From NCBI GenBank assembly GCA_016779265.1, contig JADHNY010000002.1:13616-77615 (forward strand): DNA of 64,000 nt. Direction: 5' to 3'. Origin of the DNA: Pirellulales bacterium. Its GTDB lineage: Bacteria > Planctomycetota > Planctomycetia > Pirellulales > UBA1268. Under the pieces are notes generated by a model, which worked only from the letters and a program-made list of their open reading frames with translations, was not told the DNA's origin and did no database searches. Positions 10,109-19,855 of this stretch are shown here, one piece after another; the stretch's first letter is position 1; every line of letters starts with the position of its first letter. The translations under genes were made by a program, and so were the position numbers.

Positions 10109-12594
10109 GCCGCTGTCTCCTCAAGTTCGCGAGCCATATCGCTGATCCTCTCCAGCCATCCCTGCGTGGACAGTCGCGACTGAATCTGTTCGGCCCACAG
10201 CGGAAACGCCAAGGGCGAGAGCCGACGCGGCTCGGTGATCACAATCGGCTCGTCAGCAATACGTGCCAGGGCCGCATGCAGGCGGCGATACTCAAACTGA
10301 GCCTCGAGCACCTCGCGGCGAGCCTGCTCCAGCAGCATGTTGTCAGGGTCATGCTCCTCCAGCACGTCAAACAACAGCCCGGCTGATGCCTGCAGATTGC
10401 GGTCGCCTTTGCGGCCACTGCCATGCCCCGCAATCAGCCCAGCGACACGAGCGATCTCGCGAAACTGCCTCCGCGCCATCTCGGTTCCGTTCAGGCAGGC
10501 AAGCAGATCCTCGAGCAGATGGTCAGGCGATAGCATCCGTCGCCAGAAGGCGTCGCTCCCGGCGGTGCCGCCAGCCACACGATGACGGCCGAGAATCTGA
10601 AAGCCCCAGTCGTTAACGGTGAAGACCAGCGTGGCAGGGGCCTCCTGAGCAATCCGCCAGGCCACCAACGCCGCGAGCCCTTCATGCACAAGCCTCCCAG
10701 CAAAGGGATAGAGAAATGCATGGTGACCATCACGACTGGCAACGAGTTCGATCAGCAGGCTCTCACGTTGCGGTCGCCGGCTCCACTCCGCCTGTGTGGC
10801 CAGCAGTGGCTCCACGGCGATCACCTCGCTCAACCGTTCCATGCCAGCAGGCGTCTCTGCGACGAGTGCCTGCACCTCTGACGCGAGCAGCGTTGAGAGA
10901 GGCATTCGTCCGCCATTCCACCGCGGCACCGAGACGCCTGCCGCAGAAGGCTTCGCCCGCCGCACCCATGCGGTGAGCCCATCAAAGCGAAACAGCCGCA
11001 GCGTCCGTCCCGCAAAAATGAACCGATCACCCTCATTAAGTCGCGAGACAAACGACTCTTCGACGGTGCCAAGGCGGCCACCCCGCAGCCACTTTACCTC
11101 GACCGCTGCATCACTCGTGATCGTGCCGATCGACATCCGATGCCGTCGGGCGATTGCGGGGCTGGCGACATACCAACGCCCAAAGCGTTCACGAATCCGA
11201 GCAAAATCGGGATAGGCCGCAAGCGCCGGACCACCGCGGGCAGCGAAGTCCATCGCCCATCGCCAGCTGCGTTGCTCGAGGTCTGCAAACGCGGCCGTGC
11301 TCCGAACCTCCTCGTAGAGTTCCTGCTCGCGGAAACCACCGCTGCAGGCAACCGTGACAATATGCTGCGCCAAAACATCGACCGCACCAGTCAGCGGACG
11401 GCGTGGCTCGGTGGCCCCGTGGCCGGCCGCCTGCCGTGCCGCCGCACACTCCACTAGTTCCAGCGCATGCGTTGGCACGCAGACCAGCCGACCGACCGCT
11501 CCAGGCCTGTGGCCGCTGCGGCCGGCCCGCTGGAGGAGCCGGGCGATCCCCTTCGGACTACCAATCTGCAAGACCTGCTCGACCGGACCGAAGTCGACCC
11601 CGAGATCGAGGCTACCGGTCGCCACCACAGCCTTCAGCTTCCCGCGTCGCAGGCCCTCTTCCGCTGCCGTGCGAAGTTCTCGATCGATCGAGCCGTGATG
11701 AAGGGCGAGTTTCCAGTCTGGCTGCGAGCGTTGAATCGCCTCAAACCACCGCTCCGCCTGTGAGCGGGTGTTGGTAAAGACCAGCGACGTCGCCACTCGT
11801 CCAAGCACCTCCACCACCTGCGGCAGCAGCCGCATCCCCATGTGCCCCGCCCAGGGAAACCGCTCCATCGGCTTAGGAATCAGCGTCTCAATCTCGATCG
11901 CTCGAGGCACATCAGCCCGCACGATCCGTGGAGAGGCGGAGGCGGGCCCCACCAGGGCGGTGGCGGCTTCGTCGATGTTGCCGAGCGTCGCCGAGATTCC
12001 CCAGGTCATCAGCCCTGGGGCAAGGCGACGAAGACGGGCGAGCGCCAGTTCCGTTTGCACGCCCCGCTTGCTCGAGAGCAGTTCGTGCCATTCATCGACC
12101 ACCACCAGCCGGAGGCCCGCGAATGACTCAGCGGCGTCTTCCAGCGAGAGCAACAGCGAGAGCGACTCAGGCGTGGTGATCATGGCTGTCGGTGGACGCA
12201 TCCGCATCGCACGCCGCGCCGCAGTCGGTGTGTCTCCCGTCCGCATGCCCACGGTCCAGTCGGGAGCCAGCTGGGGCAGCGGCTCGCGTAAGGCTGCAGC
12301 CGAATCAGCCGCCAGCGCACGCAGCGGGGTCAGCCAGATCACCCGCAGCGGCTCCGCAGACCAGCCAGCGGCCACAGCCCCCAGCCAGACCGCCAGCGTC
12401 TTGCCGGTTCCGGTCGGGGCATGGACCAGCCCACTCTCTCCAGCACAGACCGCCTGCCAGACTTCACGCTGAAACGGAAATGGCTCCCAGCCACGTTCAC
12501 GGCACCACGCGGCCGCTGTCTCACGGCGGTGCGTCGGCCCATCGCTTGCGAGGCTCCCCGCCACTCCTGACTCGGGCTTTAACTCACGCTTCAT
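10084..12594 (-). CDS. ligase-associated DNA damage response DExH-box helicase (Lhr-like)
   Basis: 836 aa. Walker A HAPTGTGKT and DExH box VVVDEWHEL. The start overlaps the ligase stop by 4 nt. Confidence 0.85.
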   Translation of the reverse strand: MKRELKPESGVAGSLASDGPTHRRETAAAWCRERGWEPFPFQREVWQAVCAGESGLVHAPTGTGKTLAVWLGAVAAGWSAEPLRVIWLTPLRALAADSAAALREPLPQLAPDWTVGMRTGDTPTAARRAMRMRPPTAMITTPESLSLLLSLEDAAESFAGLRLVVVDEWHELLSSKRGVQTELALARLRRLAPGLMTWGISATLGNIDEAATALVGPASASPRIVRADVPRAIEIETLIPKPMERFPWAGHMGMRLLPQVVEVLGRVATSLVFTNTRSQAERWFEAIQRSQPDWKLALHHGSIDRELRTAAEEGLRRGKLKAVVATGSLDLGVDFGPVEQVLQIGSPKGIARLLQRAGRSGHRPGAVGRLVCVPTHALELVECAAARQAAGHGATEPRRPLTGAVDVLAQHIVTVACSGGFREQELYEEVRSTAAFADLEQRSWRWAMDFAARGGPALAAYPDFARIRERFGRWYVASPAIARRHRMSIGTITSDAAVEVKWLRGGRLGTVEESFVSRLNEGDRFIFAGRTLRLFRFDGLTAWVRRAKPSAAGVSVPRWNGGRMPLSTLLASEVQALVAETPAGMERLSEVIAVEPLLATQAEWSRRPQRESLLIELVASRDGHHAFLYPFAGRLVHEGLAALVAWRIAQEAPATLVFTVNDWGFQILGRHRVAGGTAGSDAFWRRMLSPDHLLEDLLACLNGTEMARRQFREIARVAGLIAGHGSGRKGDRNLQASAGLLFDVLEEHDPDNMLLEQARREVLEAQFEYRRLHAALARIADEPIVITEPRRLSPLAFPLWAEQIQSRLSTQGWLERISDMARELEETAACGSSREA

Positions 12595-14261
12595 GGCCGC
12601 TCCGCCTGCTGCGACGGAGGAAGCAAGGCCCGCAGATCTTCAAGCCGCCCCGCCTCAGCAGGCTGCTTCTCACGACGCCAGCGGGCAATCCGGGGAAACC
12701 GCAGCGCGATGCCAGACTTGTGACGCTTCGACGCAGCAATGCCATCGAAGGCAAGCTGAAACACGAGCGTCGGCTCCACGACCCGCACCGGTCCGTGACG
12801 CTCGCGTGTCGTCTGACGAATGATCCGGTCGATTTCCGCAATCTCAGCGTCGGTCAGACCGGAATACGCTTTGGCCGCTGGCACGAGCAGGTCACCATCC
12901 CAGACACCGAGGGTGTAGTCGGTGTGCAACGAGGCGCGACGACCATGCCCCGCCTGGGCGTAGAGTAGAACCGCATCGATCTCGAGCGGATCCACTTTCC
13001 ATTTCCACCAGTCACCACGTGGGCGGCCAACCCGATACGGGCTTTCACACCGTTTGAGCATCAGCCCTTCGACACCACGTTCACGGGATGTCGCCCGGGC
13101 TTCAGCGAGTGCTTCCCAGCTGTCGGCTGAGACCCGCGGCGAAAAAAATAGCCGAGGAGCTGGGGCTTCCTCCACGCCGTCGAGCGGAGCGGTCGGCTCG
13201 GTTCGGTCGGCCGTTTCCTTAAACGCAGGAAGCCCAAGCGCTGCGAGTCGTGCCCGTCGCACATGCAGCGGCTCCTCTCGCAGGTCTTGGCCGTCGGCCT
13301 CCAGCAGATCATACGCGACAAACACACAAGGAATCTCACGCAGTACCTTGGCTGTCACCCGCCGACGACCAGCTCGTCGTGAGAGTGCGGCAAAGCCGAG
13401 CAGCTCACACTCGTCGTAGGCCAGTACTTCGCCATCGAGCACACAGCCTTCAGGCAGGCGTTCGGCCGCAGCGATCAGTTCAGGAAAAGCATCGCTGGCG
13501 AGTTCCTCCCCTCGCGTCCACAACACCCGCACGTCACCACGACGAATCAGCTGGGCACGCATCCCATCCCACTTCCATTCCGCACTCCAGTCCGCCACAT
13601 CCCCGAGCGAGGCCACAGCCTCGTCAACGGGTGAGGCGAGAAAGAACGGGTATGGCCGGGTCGGATCATCGACAGCGGCGTCTGCATCAAGCAGCTTCTG
13701 GTAGTCCTCGGCGGTGATCGCCGAAAGGCCCATCAGCCGATGCGCCATGGTCGCCGGCTCAACACCCGCGATCTCCGCCAGGGCCCGGGCGACGAGCGTG
13801 CGGGCCACGCCCACACGAAAACCGCCCGTGATCAGCTTGTGCCAGACAACCCGCTCGTCGCGGTGCAGCTGCTGCCATGTTGCGGTGACGATCCGCTGCT
13901 TCTCTGCAGGATCGGCAGCCGCCAAAGGCTCGATTGTGGCGGCGATCATCTCTGCCAGGCCACGCGACGGTGCGTCGACCGCGGCGTCAGGAAGTACGAG
14001 GGCGATCGTCTCGGCCAGGTCGCCGACCGCTGCATACGACTCTTCCAGGAGCCAGTCTGGAATGCCAGCCGCTTCGGCTGCCCAGGCACGCAGCAGGGTG
14101 GTGGTCACGCCTCGCCGTTGCCGTTTCCCCGAGAGCATCGCCAGGGCAACCGCGGCATCCTCCGCGGGAGCCTCGCTGAAGTAGACAACTAACGCTCGCA
14201 CTTTCTCGGCAGTCCGAGTCGTCGCATCCAGGTCATGGAAGAGCCGAGCGAAGCGTCTCAC
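12591..14261 (-). CDS. ATP-dependent DNA ligase
   Basis: 556 aa. Adenylation motif I EWKWDGMRAQL (KxDG) and C-terminal OB-domain-like region. The start overlaps the exonuclease stop by 4 nt. Confidence 0.9.
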   Translation of the reverse strand: MRRFARLFHDLDATTRTAEKVRALVVYFSEAPAEDAAVALAMLSGKRQRRGVTTTLLRAWAAEAAGIPDWLLEESYAAVGDLAETIALVLPDAAVDAPSRGLAEMIAATIEPLAAADPAEKQRIVTATWQQLHRDERVVWHKLITGGFRVGVARTLVARALAEIAGVEPATMAHRLMGLSAITAEDYQKLLDADAAVDDPTRPYPFFLASPVDEAVASLGDVADWSAEWKWDGMRAQLIRRGDVRVLWTRGEELASDAFPELIAAAERLPEGCVLDGEVLAYDECELLGFAALSRRAGRRRVTAKVLREIPCVFVAYDLLEADGQDLREEPLHVRRARLAALGLPAFKETADRTEPTAPLDGVEEAPAPRLFFSPRVSADSWEALAEARATSRERGVEGLMLKRCESPYRVGRPRGDWWKWKVDPLEIDAVLLYAQAGHGRRASLHTDYTLGVWDGDLLVPAAKAYSGLTDAEIAEIDRIIRQTTRERHGPVRVVEPTLVFQLAFDGIAASKRHKSGIALRFPRIARWRREKQPAEAGRLEDLRALLPPSQQAERP

Positions 14262-15430
14262 GAGGTCTCCTCAACGGCTTCTTCATCAGCCTGCTCGTCC
14301 GGCAGGGCAGGGGAGTCGCTGTCGGCCGCCGGCTGATCAACGTCGCTCTCGTCACTCCCTTCCTCGCCATGAAAGCGGGTGCTGAGTTCGGAGGCCTCGA
14401 TGCCTCGTTCGCAGAGGAACCGAGCGAAGCTGGCGGTGCTGCCATGCGTGACGTAGACCCTCCGGGCTCGGGAGGCTTCCACCGCCTGCACGAGGCCTGG
14501 GAAGTCGGCATGATCGGAAAGGATGAAGCCGCGGTCGAAGCCACGTCGCCGTCGCACACCACGGATTGTCATCCATCCGCTGGCCATCGCCACCTGCGTC
14601 TCACCAAACGTCTTGAGCCACCGGCTCCCGGCAGCCGATGGCGGCGCTATCACCATCGCGCGGCCACCGCCCGCTCGTCGTGTCGCCGGGGCGAGCTGGT
14701 CGATCGGAGGGAGTCGCACACCGCTGTCACGATAGGCCCGCACCATCTTCATGACCGCCCCATGGGCGTAGATCGGCCCGATCGATGGGTCGAGCATTGA
14801 GGCAAGTCGCTGGGCTTTCCCCAAGGCGTACGCAAACAGCACGCATGTCCGCCCCGCCTCTCGACTGTCGCGCCACCAGGCGTTGATCGCGTCTGCCGTG
14901 TCTTGGGGATCTCCCCAGCGGTAGATCGGGAGGCCGAAGGTCGACTCGGTGACGAGCACGTCGGTCTCGACCGGCTCGAACGGATCGCAGGTTGGGTCGG
15001 CTTCCAGCTTGTAGTCGCCCGTGACCACCCAGCGGACCCCGCGGTGGGTGACACACACCTGCGCCGCTCCCAGGATGTGGCCGGACGGCACGAGTTTGAG
15101 ATCCACATCCCCCACCCGCACCTGCTCGCCACGCCGCAGGGTGTCGATCCTGGCCGAGCCACCGACCCGCTCCCGCAGCACCCGTTTTCCGGTTGAGAGG
15201 CAAAGATACTGTCCGCAGCCGCTACGGGCGTGATCCGCATGGGCATGCGTGATCACTGCTCGTGGAACGGCCCGCCAGGGGTCGATGTGAAAGCCACCCG
15301 CCGGACAGTAGAGCCCCGCAGGCGACATCTCGAGCGTGCCAGGCATCTCAAGTTCGGTCGATCGCTGCGGCAGGGTTGGCATCGTTGAGGCAGACCTCCG
15401 TCGGCGAAACGACGGCAGACCAGCCAACAC
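14258..15430 (-). CDS. ligase-associated DNA damage response exonuclease (metallo-beta-lactamase / beta-CASP)
   Basis: 390 aa. ITHAHADHA MBL motif preceded by GLYCPAGGFHIDPW. The true start may be an internal Met (residue 17 or 29 of the ORF). Confidence 0.85.
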   Translation of the reverse strand: MLAGLPSFRRRRSASTMPTLPQRSTELEMPGTLEMSPAGLYCPAGGFHIDPWRAVPRAVITHAHADHARSGCGQYLCLSTGKRVLRERVGGSARIDTLRRGEQVRVGDVDLKLVPSGHILGAAQVCVTHRGVRWVVTGDYKLEADPTCDPFEPVETDVLVTESTFGLPIYRWGDPQDTADAINAWWRDSREAGRTCVLFAYALGKAQRLASMLDPSIGPIYAHGAVMKMVRAYRDSGVRLPPIDQLAPATRRAGGGRAMVIAPPSAAGSRWLKTFGETQVAMASGWMTIRGVRRRRGFDRGFILSDHADFPGLVQAVEASRARRVYVTHGSTASFARFLCERGIEASELSTRFHGEEGSDESDVDQPAADSDSPALPDEQADEEAVEETS

Positions 15431-15435
15431 CGCCC

Positions 15436-15801
15436 CTAGCGGTAGGCCGAACTGCCCACGGCCGGGAAGCGGTAGCCGCCGAATCCCATCGGAGCGTAGC
15501 TGGGAAAGTTGCCCGGGACGAGCCCCTTAGGCAGACCGTACATCTCCCAGGTCGGTGTGCCCGGCTTCGTCGGCGGCACAAAATACTTCGGTCGGTCGTT
15601 GATCCCTGTCTTGTAGGGCGACTCACCCGGCTTGTAGGGAGCCTGATGCTTGGGCGTTCCCCCGGCGACACCGCGTGTGGTGTAGCCCCGCTTCCACCAC
15701 TTCCCTGATGCTTCGGCCTCTGAGGGCAGCGACGTCACCAGCAGGCCGCCGGCCATCGCGAAGAGAAGCATGGCTCCAATGTTGGGCAGGCGGATCGGCA
15801 T
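15436..15801 (-). CDS. small putative secreted Pro/Gly/Tyr/Lys-rich protein
   Basis: 121 aa. Signal-peptide-like N-terminus (LLFAMAGGLLVTSLPSEAEA) followed by low-complexity sequence. It ends 5 nt before the exonuclease start codon. I recognise no homology. Confidence 0.4.
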   Translation of the reverse strand: MPIRLPNIGAMLLFAMAGGLLVTSLPSEAEASGKWWKRGYTTRGVAGGTPKHQAPYKPGESPYKTGINDRPKYFVPPTKPGTPTWEMYGLPKGLVPGNFPSYAPMGFGGYRFPAVGSSAYR

Positions 15802-15913
15802 GGAATCGTTCTCCGGCGAGGCAAGACATGCTGCGGTCAGAAGCGACCGCGACCAACGGAGTCACTATCGACGCTCCCGCTTGGCCGACCTCAAAACTGT
15901 CCGGAAGTACCGG

Positions 15914-17635
15914 TCAGGCAGACTGGGCGGTTGGGTGGCCTTCCCAGCCAATGGTCACCGGCATGCCAAAAACCTGCTCAAACAGCTGCCGCCGCCGCTC
16001 GGCCCCCCAAATGTCCACCTGCGGCTCTTCGACCGCCATGGTCACCAGCGTGACGCGATCGTCCTCAATCACCGCTCGCACATCTCGGACCTGCTGCGAA
16101 CGGCTGCGATCGAGCCCCCCGGCGAGCCTGAGAATGGCCGCCAGCCGCCGCACCCGCTCTTTTTCGCCAGATGAGAGCCGCCTGAAACTGTCGTGCTTCT
16201 TTTTCGGGGACGCGCCGCGGTGATAGCGAGCGACGTTCGCAATCAGTTCCAGATCGTGCTGCCGCACACCAGGAAGCTGGCTGTTGCGAATCAGGTGATA
16301 GCTGTGTTTGTGGTGCTGCTCATAGCTGATCACATAGCCAACATCCTGCAGCCGAGCGGCCATCTCGAGCAGTTCCCGATCTCCCTCAGGCATTGAGAAC
16401 CGCTGCTGCAGGTCAGCGAAGATGCGTCCGGCCAGAAAGGCAACCTGCCGACCATGCTCCGCTTCTCCAGAGCATGCGTCAGCAAAACGATCCACCGCCG
16501 CCACTCTCGCTTCGACGGTCGAACCCTCGCTATCACCCGAGGCGCGAATCATTTCTCGCAGCAGCCCATCACGCACGCCGCGGCTATGCACGATCAGGGT
16601 GTTGACCCGAAACCGCTTCATCATCGCGTCGATGATGGCGATACCCGCGACGATGATGTCAGCTCGGTCCGGCGTCATCCCCGGCAGCGATCGCCGCCCG
16701 CGAACCGGCATCTTGCGGAGCCGATCGAGCAGATGGCGTACGTCTGCATGGGAAGCACGAAACCCTGCCACTTCTTTGTCGCTACCACGCTGCGACGCCA
16801 TCAGCAGATCCGCAAGCGTGGTGAACGTCCCACCGCAGCCAACCATGAAGTGCGGCGCAAAAGGTGGCTTCGTGGTCATCCGTTTAAGACAGTCGGCGAT
16901 GTCGCTTTCCAGCTTAGGAAACATCTCTGCGATATCGGTCTCGCCGTTGGCCGCAAACCGTTCGGTCAGCCGAACAGCCCCGAGCGGCGTGGAGTAGATC
17001 TCTTCGATCATCTCGCCGGTGGAAAAGACAATCTCCGTGCTGCCACCTCCGATGTCGGCAACAATCACGTTCTTGCCGCTGAGATCAAACGCGTGCTGCA
17101 CGCTCGAAAACGCATAGCGGCCTTCCTGCTCACCGGAAATCACCTCCACCTCGAGGCCAACCTCTTCGCGAATCCGCTGACAGAAGTCCGGCCCATTCCC
17201 CGCCTCGCGGATGGCGCAGGTGGCAATCACTCGGAGGCTCTCGGCCTGGAACCCCGCCGCGATCTGCTGAAAGGTGTTGAGGGCTGCGAGCGTCTGCTCC
17301 ATCGACTCGGCATCAAGATTGCCGTCGCGGCCCACTGAACGACCGAGCCGCGTCGGCTCCCGTTCCTCATCGAGAATTCGGTAGTTTCCACCCCGCACAG
17401 CCTCCGCAACGATCAGGCGAACGCTGTTTGAGCCGATATCAATCGCGGCCAGGCGACCGGAGAGGTCGGCGGAGAGATACCGCTGCTGATTCGATTCGAT
17501 GCCCACAACAGTTCCCGCTACGGTGGTGGCCGGCAGGAAGCCATGATAGCCTCCGCCGACGTCGTTGACGTCTGTCCGGAGACCAGCAGCACACCGACGA
17601 CTTTTTCCATCGGAACCTGGCGTCCCAATCTTCAA
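15914..17635 (-). CDS. ppx: exopolyphosphatase / guanosine pentaphosphate phosphohydrolase (Ppx/GppA) with HD domain
   Basis: 573-aa ORF. AAIDIGSNSVRL, ADIGGGSTE and the C-terminal HD region HHKHSYHLI. The annotated start is probably too far upstream, because it sits 3 nt from the ribF ATG. Confidence 0.85.
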   Translation of the reverse strand: MKIGTPGSDGKSRRCAAGLRTDVNDVGGGYHGFLPATTVAGTVVGIESNQQRYLSADLSGRLAAIDIGSNSVRLIVAEAVRGGNYRILDEEREPTRLGRSVGRDGNLDAESMEQTLAALNTFQQIAAGFQAESLRVIATCAIREAGNGPDFCQRIREEVGLEVEVISGEQEGRYAFSSVQHAFDLSGKNVIVADIGGGSTEIVFSTGEMIEEIYSTPLGAVRLTERFAANGETDIAEMFPKLESDIADCLKRMTTKPPFAPHFMVGCGGTFTTLADLLMASQRGSDKEVAGFRASHADVRHLLDRLRKMPVRGRRSLPGMTPDRADIIVAGIAIIDAMMKRFRVNTLIVHSRGVRDGLLREMIRASGDSEGSTVEARVAAVDRFADACSGEAEHGRQVAFLAGRIFADLQQRFSMPEGDRELLEMAARLQDVGYVISYEQHHKHSYHLIRNSQLPGVRQHDLELIANVARYHRGASPKKKHDSFRRLSSGEKERVRRLAAILRLAGGLDRSRSQQVRDVRAVIEDDRVTLVTMAVEEPQVDIWGAERRRQLFEQVFGMPVTIGWEGHPTAQSA

Positions 17636-17638
17636 CTG

Positions 17639-18727
17639 ATGTCCTCACGCGAACTCTCTGATCTCCCGCTTCCGACGGCCTATACACGTGGCCCGGAAGG
17701 TGTCGTCTCCAGTCTCCACGATCCGACTGCCCAGACAGCCCCGCCGCCAGGGCCGCACTCGGCCGGCAGAGTCGTGACTGTCGGCAACTTCGACGGCGTG
17801 CATATCGGTCACGCCGTCATCGTGCACCGTCTCTGCGAAATGGCTGCCGCAAAGAATGCCGAGTCTGTGGTCCTCACGTTCGATCCCCACCCCGCAACGC
17901 TCGTGCGGCCAGACAAGGCCCCCACTCCACTCTCCACGGCCGTGCGGCGGGCCGAACTCCTGCTCGGCCTTGGTGTCGACCGTGTGCTGGTGCAGCCCAT
18001 GGTGCCGGCGGTTGTCGCGCTGACGGCCACGGAGTTCTTTGACCAGGTGCTCTGCGATCGGCTGGCAACGGTCGGTCTTGTCGAAGGCGTTGACTTTCAC
18101 TTCGGCCGCGGACGTGAAGGCAACGTCGACACACTTGCGACGCTCTGCCAACAACACGGCATTGCTTTTGACGTTGTACACCCGGTGCAGCAGGACGAGT
18201 CCACCATATCGAGTTCTCGTGTCCGCAGCCTGATCGCTGCGGGTGAGGTAGCCTCCGCCAACCGACTCCTGACTGCTGCCTACCGCGTCAGTGGAACAGT
18301 TGTGGAAGGCGCTAAGCGAGGCCGCACGCTCGGCTTCCCAACTGCCAACCTCGGGGATCCCCAGACACTGCTCCCGGCTGCCGGCGTGTACGCAGCAACA
18401 GCAATGGCAGAGGGTGATGGCACCGAGGATGACCGCTCCGGCTGGTATCCAGCGGCCGTCCATATTGGTGCCAACGTGTCATTTGGAGAGACACACCTCT
18501 CCGTGGAAGCACACCTGATCGGCTTCGAGGGAGACCTCTACGGCCGCACCCTGCACGTTGACTTCCTGCAACGGCTGCGGGAGACTCATCGCTTTGATTC
18601 ACCGGGGGCACTCATCTCCCAGCTCAAAGCAGACGTCCAGCAGGCAGCTGACCTCGTGTCCGCCTCGGGACGGCTGCTCCTGCCATCCCGCACCTTCCCC
18701 TTGCCCCCACATCCACATGCGTCTTGA
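17639..18727 (+). CDS. ribF: bifunctional riboflavin kinase / FMN adenylyltransferase
   Basis: Motifs TVGNFDGVHIGH, FDPHP, GFPTANL. I chose the first ATG (17639) that does not overlap ppx. The start could lie anywhere up to about 17765. Confidence 0.85.
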   Translation: MSSRELSDLPLPTAYTRGPEGVVSSLHDPTAQTAPPPGPHSAGRVVTVGNFDGVHIGHAVIVHRLCEMAAAKNAESVVLTFDPHPATLVRPDKAPTPLSTAVRRAELLLGLGVDRVLVQPMVPAVVALTATEFFDQVLCDRLATVGLVEGVDFHFGRGREGNVDTLATLCQQHGIAFDVVHPVQQDESTISSSRVRSLIAAGEVASANRLLTAAYRVSGTVVEGAKRGRTLGFPTANLGDPQTLLPAAGVYAATAMAEGDGTEDDRSGWYPAAVHIGANVSFGETHLSVEAHLIGFEGDLYGRTLHVDFLQRLRETHRFDSPGALISQLKADVQQAADLVSASGRLLLPSRTFPLPPHPHAS

Positions 18728-19748
18728 CTGGGCTAGTCTTCTCGATCTTCTTCGCACCACACGGCGTTTCGTGCTCACCAGCCACATCCGCCCCGACTGC
18801 GATGCTCTCGGTAGTGAACTCGGCCTGGCAGCAGGGCTCGAAGCACTCTCGAAACGCGACGGCATCGAGCGTCATGTACGAATCGTCAATGCACAGGCCA
18901 CCCCTGCGTCGTTGGCCTGCCTCGATCCCACTCGTCGCATCGAGTCGCTCGAGCAGGGAGTCACCGCTGCCGACCTCGCCGACCGGGAGATGCTGATCGT
19001 GCTCGACACGAGCGCCGTTGCTCAGCTGGGAGCGATGGCAGACGTGGCAGCCGGTATGCGTGAGAAGGTGCTCGTCATCGACCATCATGTGAGCGAAGAC
19101 GATATTTCGGATCGCTGGTTCAAAGACACCGCTGCCGAGGCCACGACCCGCATCGTGTCGGAGATCCTGATGCGGCTGGGTGTGTCCTATACCTCAGAGA
19201 TCGCCACCCCGCTGTTTGCAGGCCTGGCCACCGATACCGGCTGGTTTCGCTTCCCCAATGCCACCGGTGAGACCTTCCGTGTCGCCTCACGGCTCGTCGA
19301 TGGTGGAGCCGATCCCACAAAGATCTACCGCGAGCTGTTTGAGCAGGAAACGCTCGCCAGGCTCCACCTCGTTGGCCGCACGCTCGCTGGAGCCATGGCA
19401 AGCCATGAAGGCAAGGTGATTGTGAGCACGGTCACCCAGGAAGACTTCAAGGCCACCGGCGCAATTCGCAGCGACACCGAAGACCTTGTCAACCAGACGC
19501 TTACCGTGAAGGGAACCCAACTCGCAGCCATCGCCATCGAGCAGAGCGACGGCACCATCAAAGCGAGTTTCCGCAGCCGCTGCGGCGTCGACTGCAGTGC
19601 CCTCGCTGGCACCTTCGGTGGTGGTGGGCACAAGGCCGCTGCCGGAGCAACCTTGGCTGGACCGTTTGAGACGGCCCTCGCGGCCGTGCAGGCAGCGGTC
19701 GACAAGGCCTGGACTGCCTATGCCGCAACAGACCATGCCACTTCCTAG
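18717..19748 (+). CDS. nrnA: DHH-family phosphoesterase (NrnA-like oligoribonuclease / pAp phosphatase)
   Basis: Start chosen at the internal ATG giving MRLDWASLLDLL. Motifs: HIRPDCDALGS, IDHH, GGGHKAAAG. Overlaps the ribF stop by 11 nt. Confidence 0.8.
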   Translation: MRLDWASLLDLLRTTRRFVLTSHIRPDCDALGSELGLAAGLEALSKRDGIERHVRIVNAQATPASLACLDPTRRIESLEQGVTAADLADREMLIVLDTSAVAQLGAMADVAAGMREKVLVIDHHVSEDDISDRWFKDTAAEATTRIVSEILMRLGVSYTSEIATPLFAGLATDTGWFRFPNATGETFRVASRLVDGGADPTKIYRELFEQETLARLHLVGRTLAGAMASHEGKVIVSTVTQEDFKATGAIRSDTEDLVNQTLTVKGTQLAAIAIEQSDGTIKASFRSRCGVDCSALAGTFGGGGHKAAAGATLAGPFETALAAVQAAVDKAWTAYAATDHATS

Positions 19749-19855
19749 CGCTGCAGAACGTTCTTGGACCAGCAATCCGCTTCGGCCAAGAGATTTTCTG
19801 CCACCCACGACAACACGTTGAACAACCAGCAGATGGGGCCTACAGCGAGGATCCT

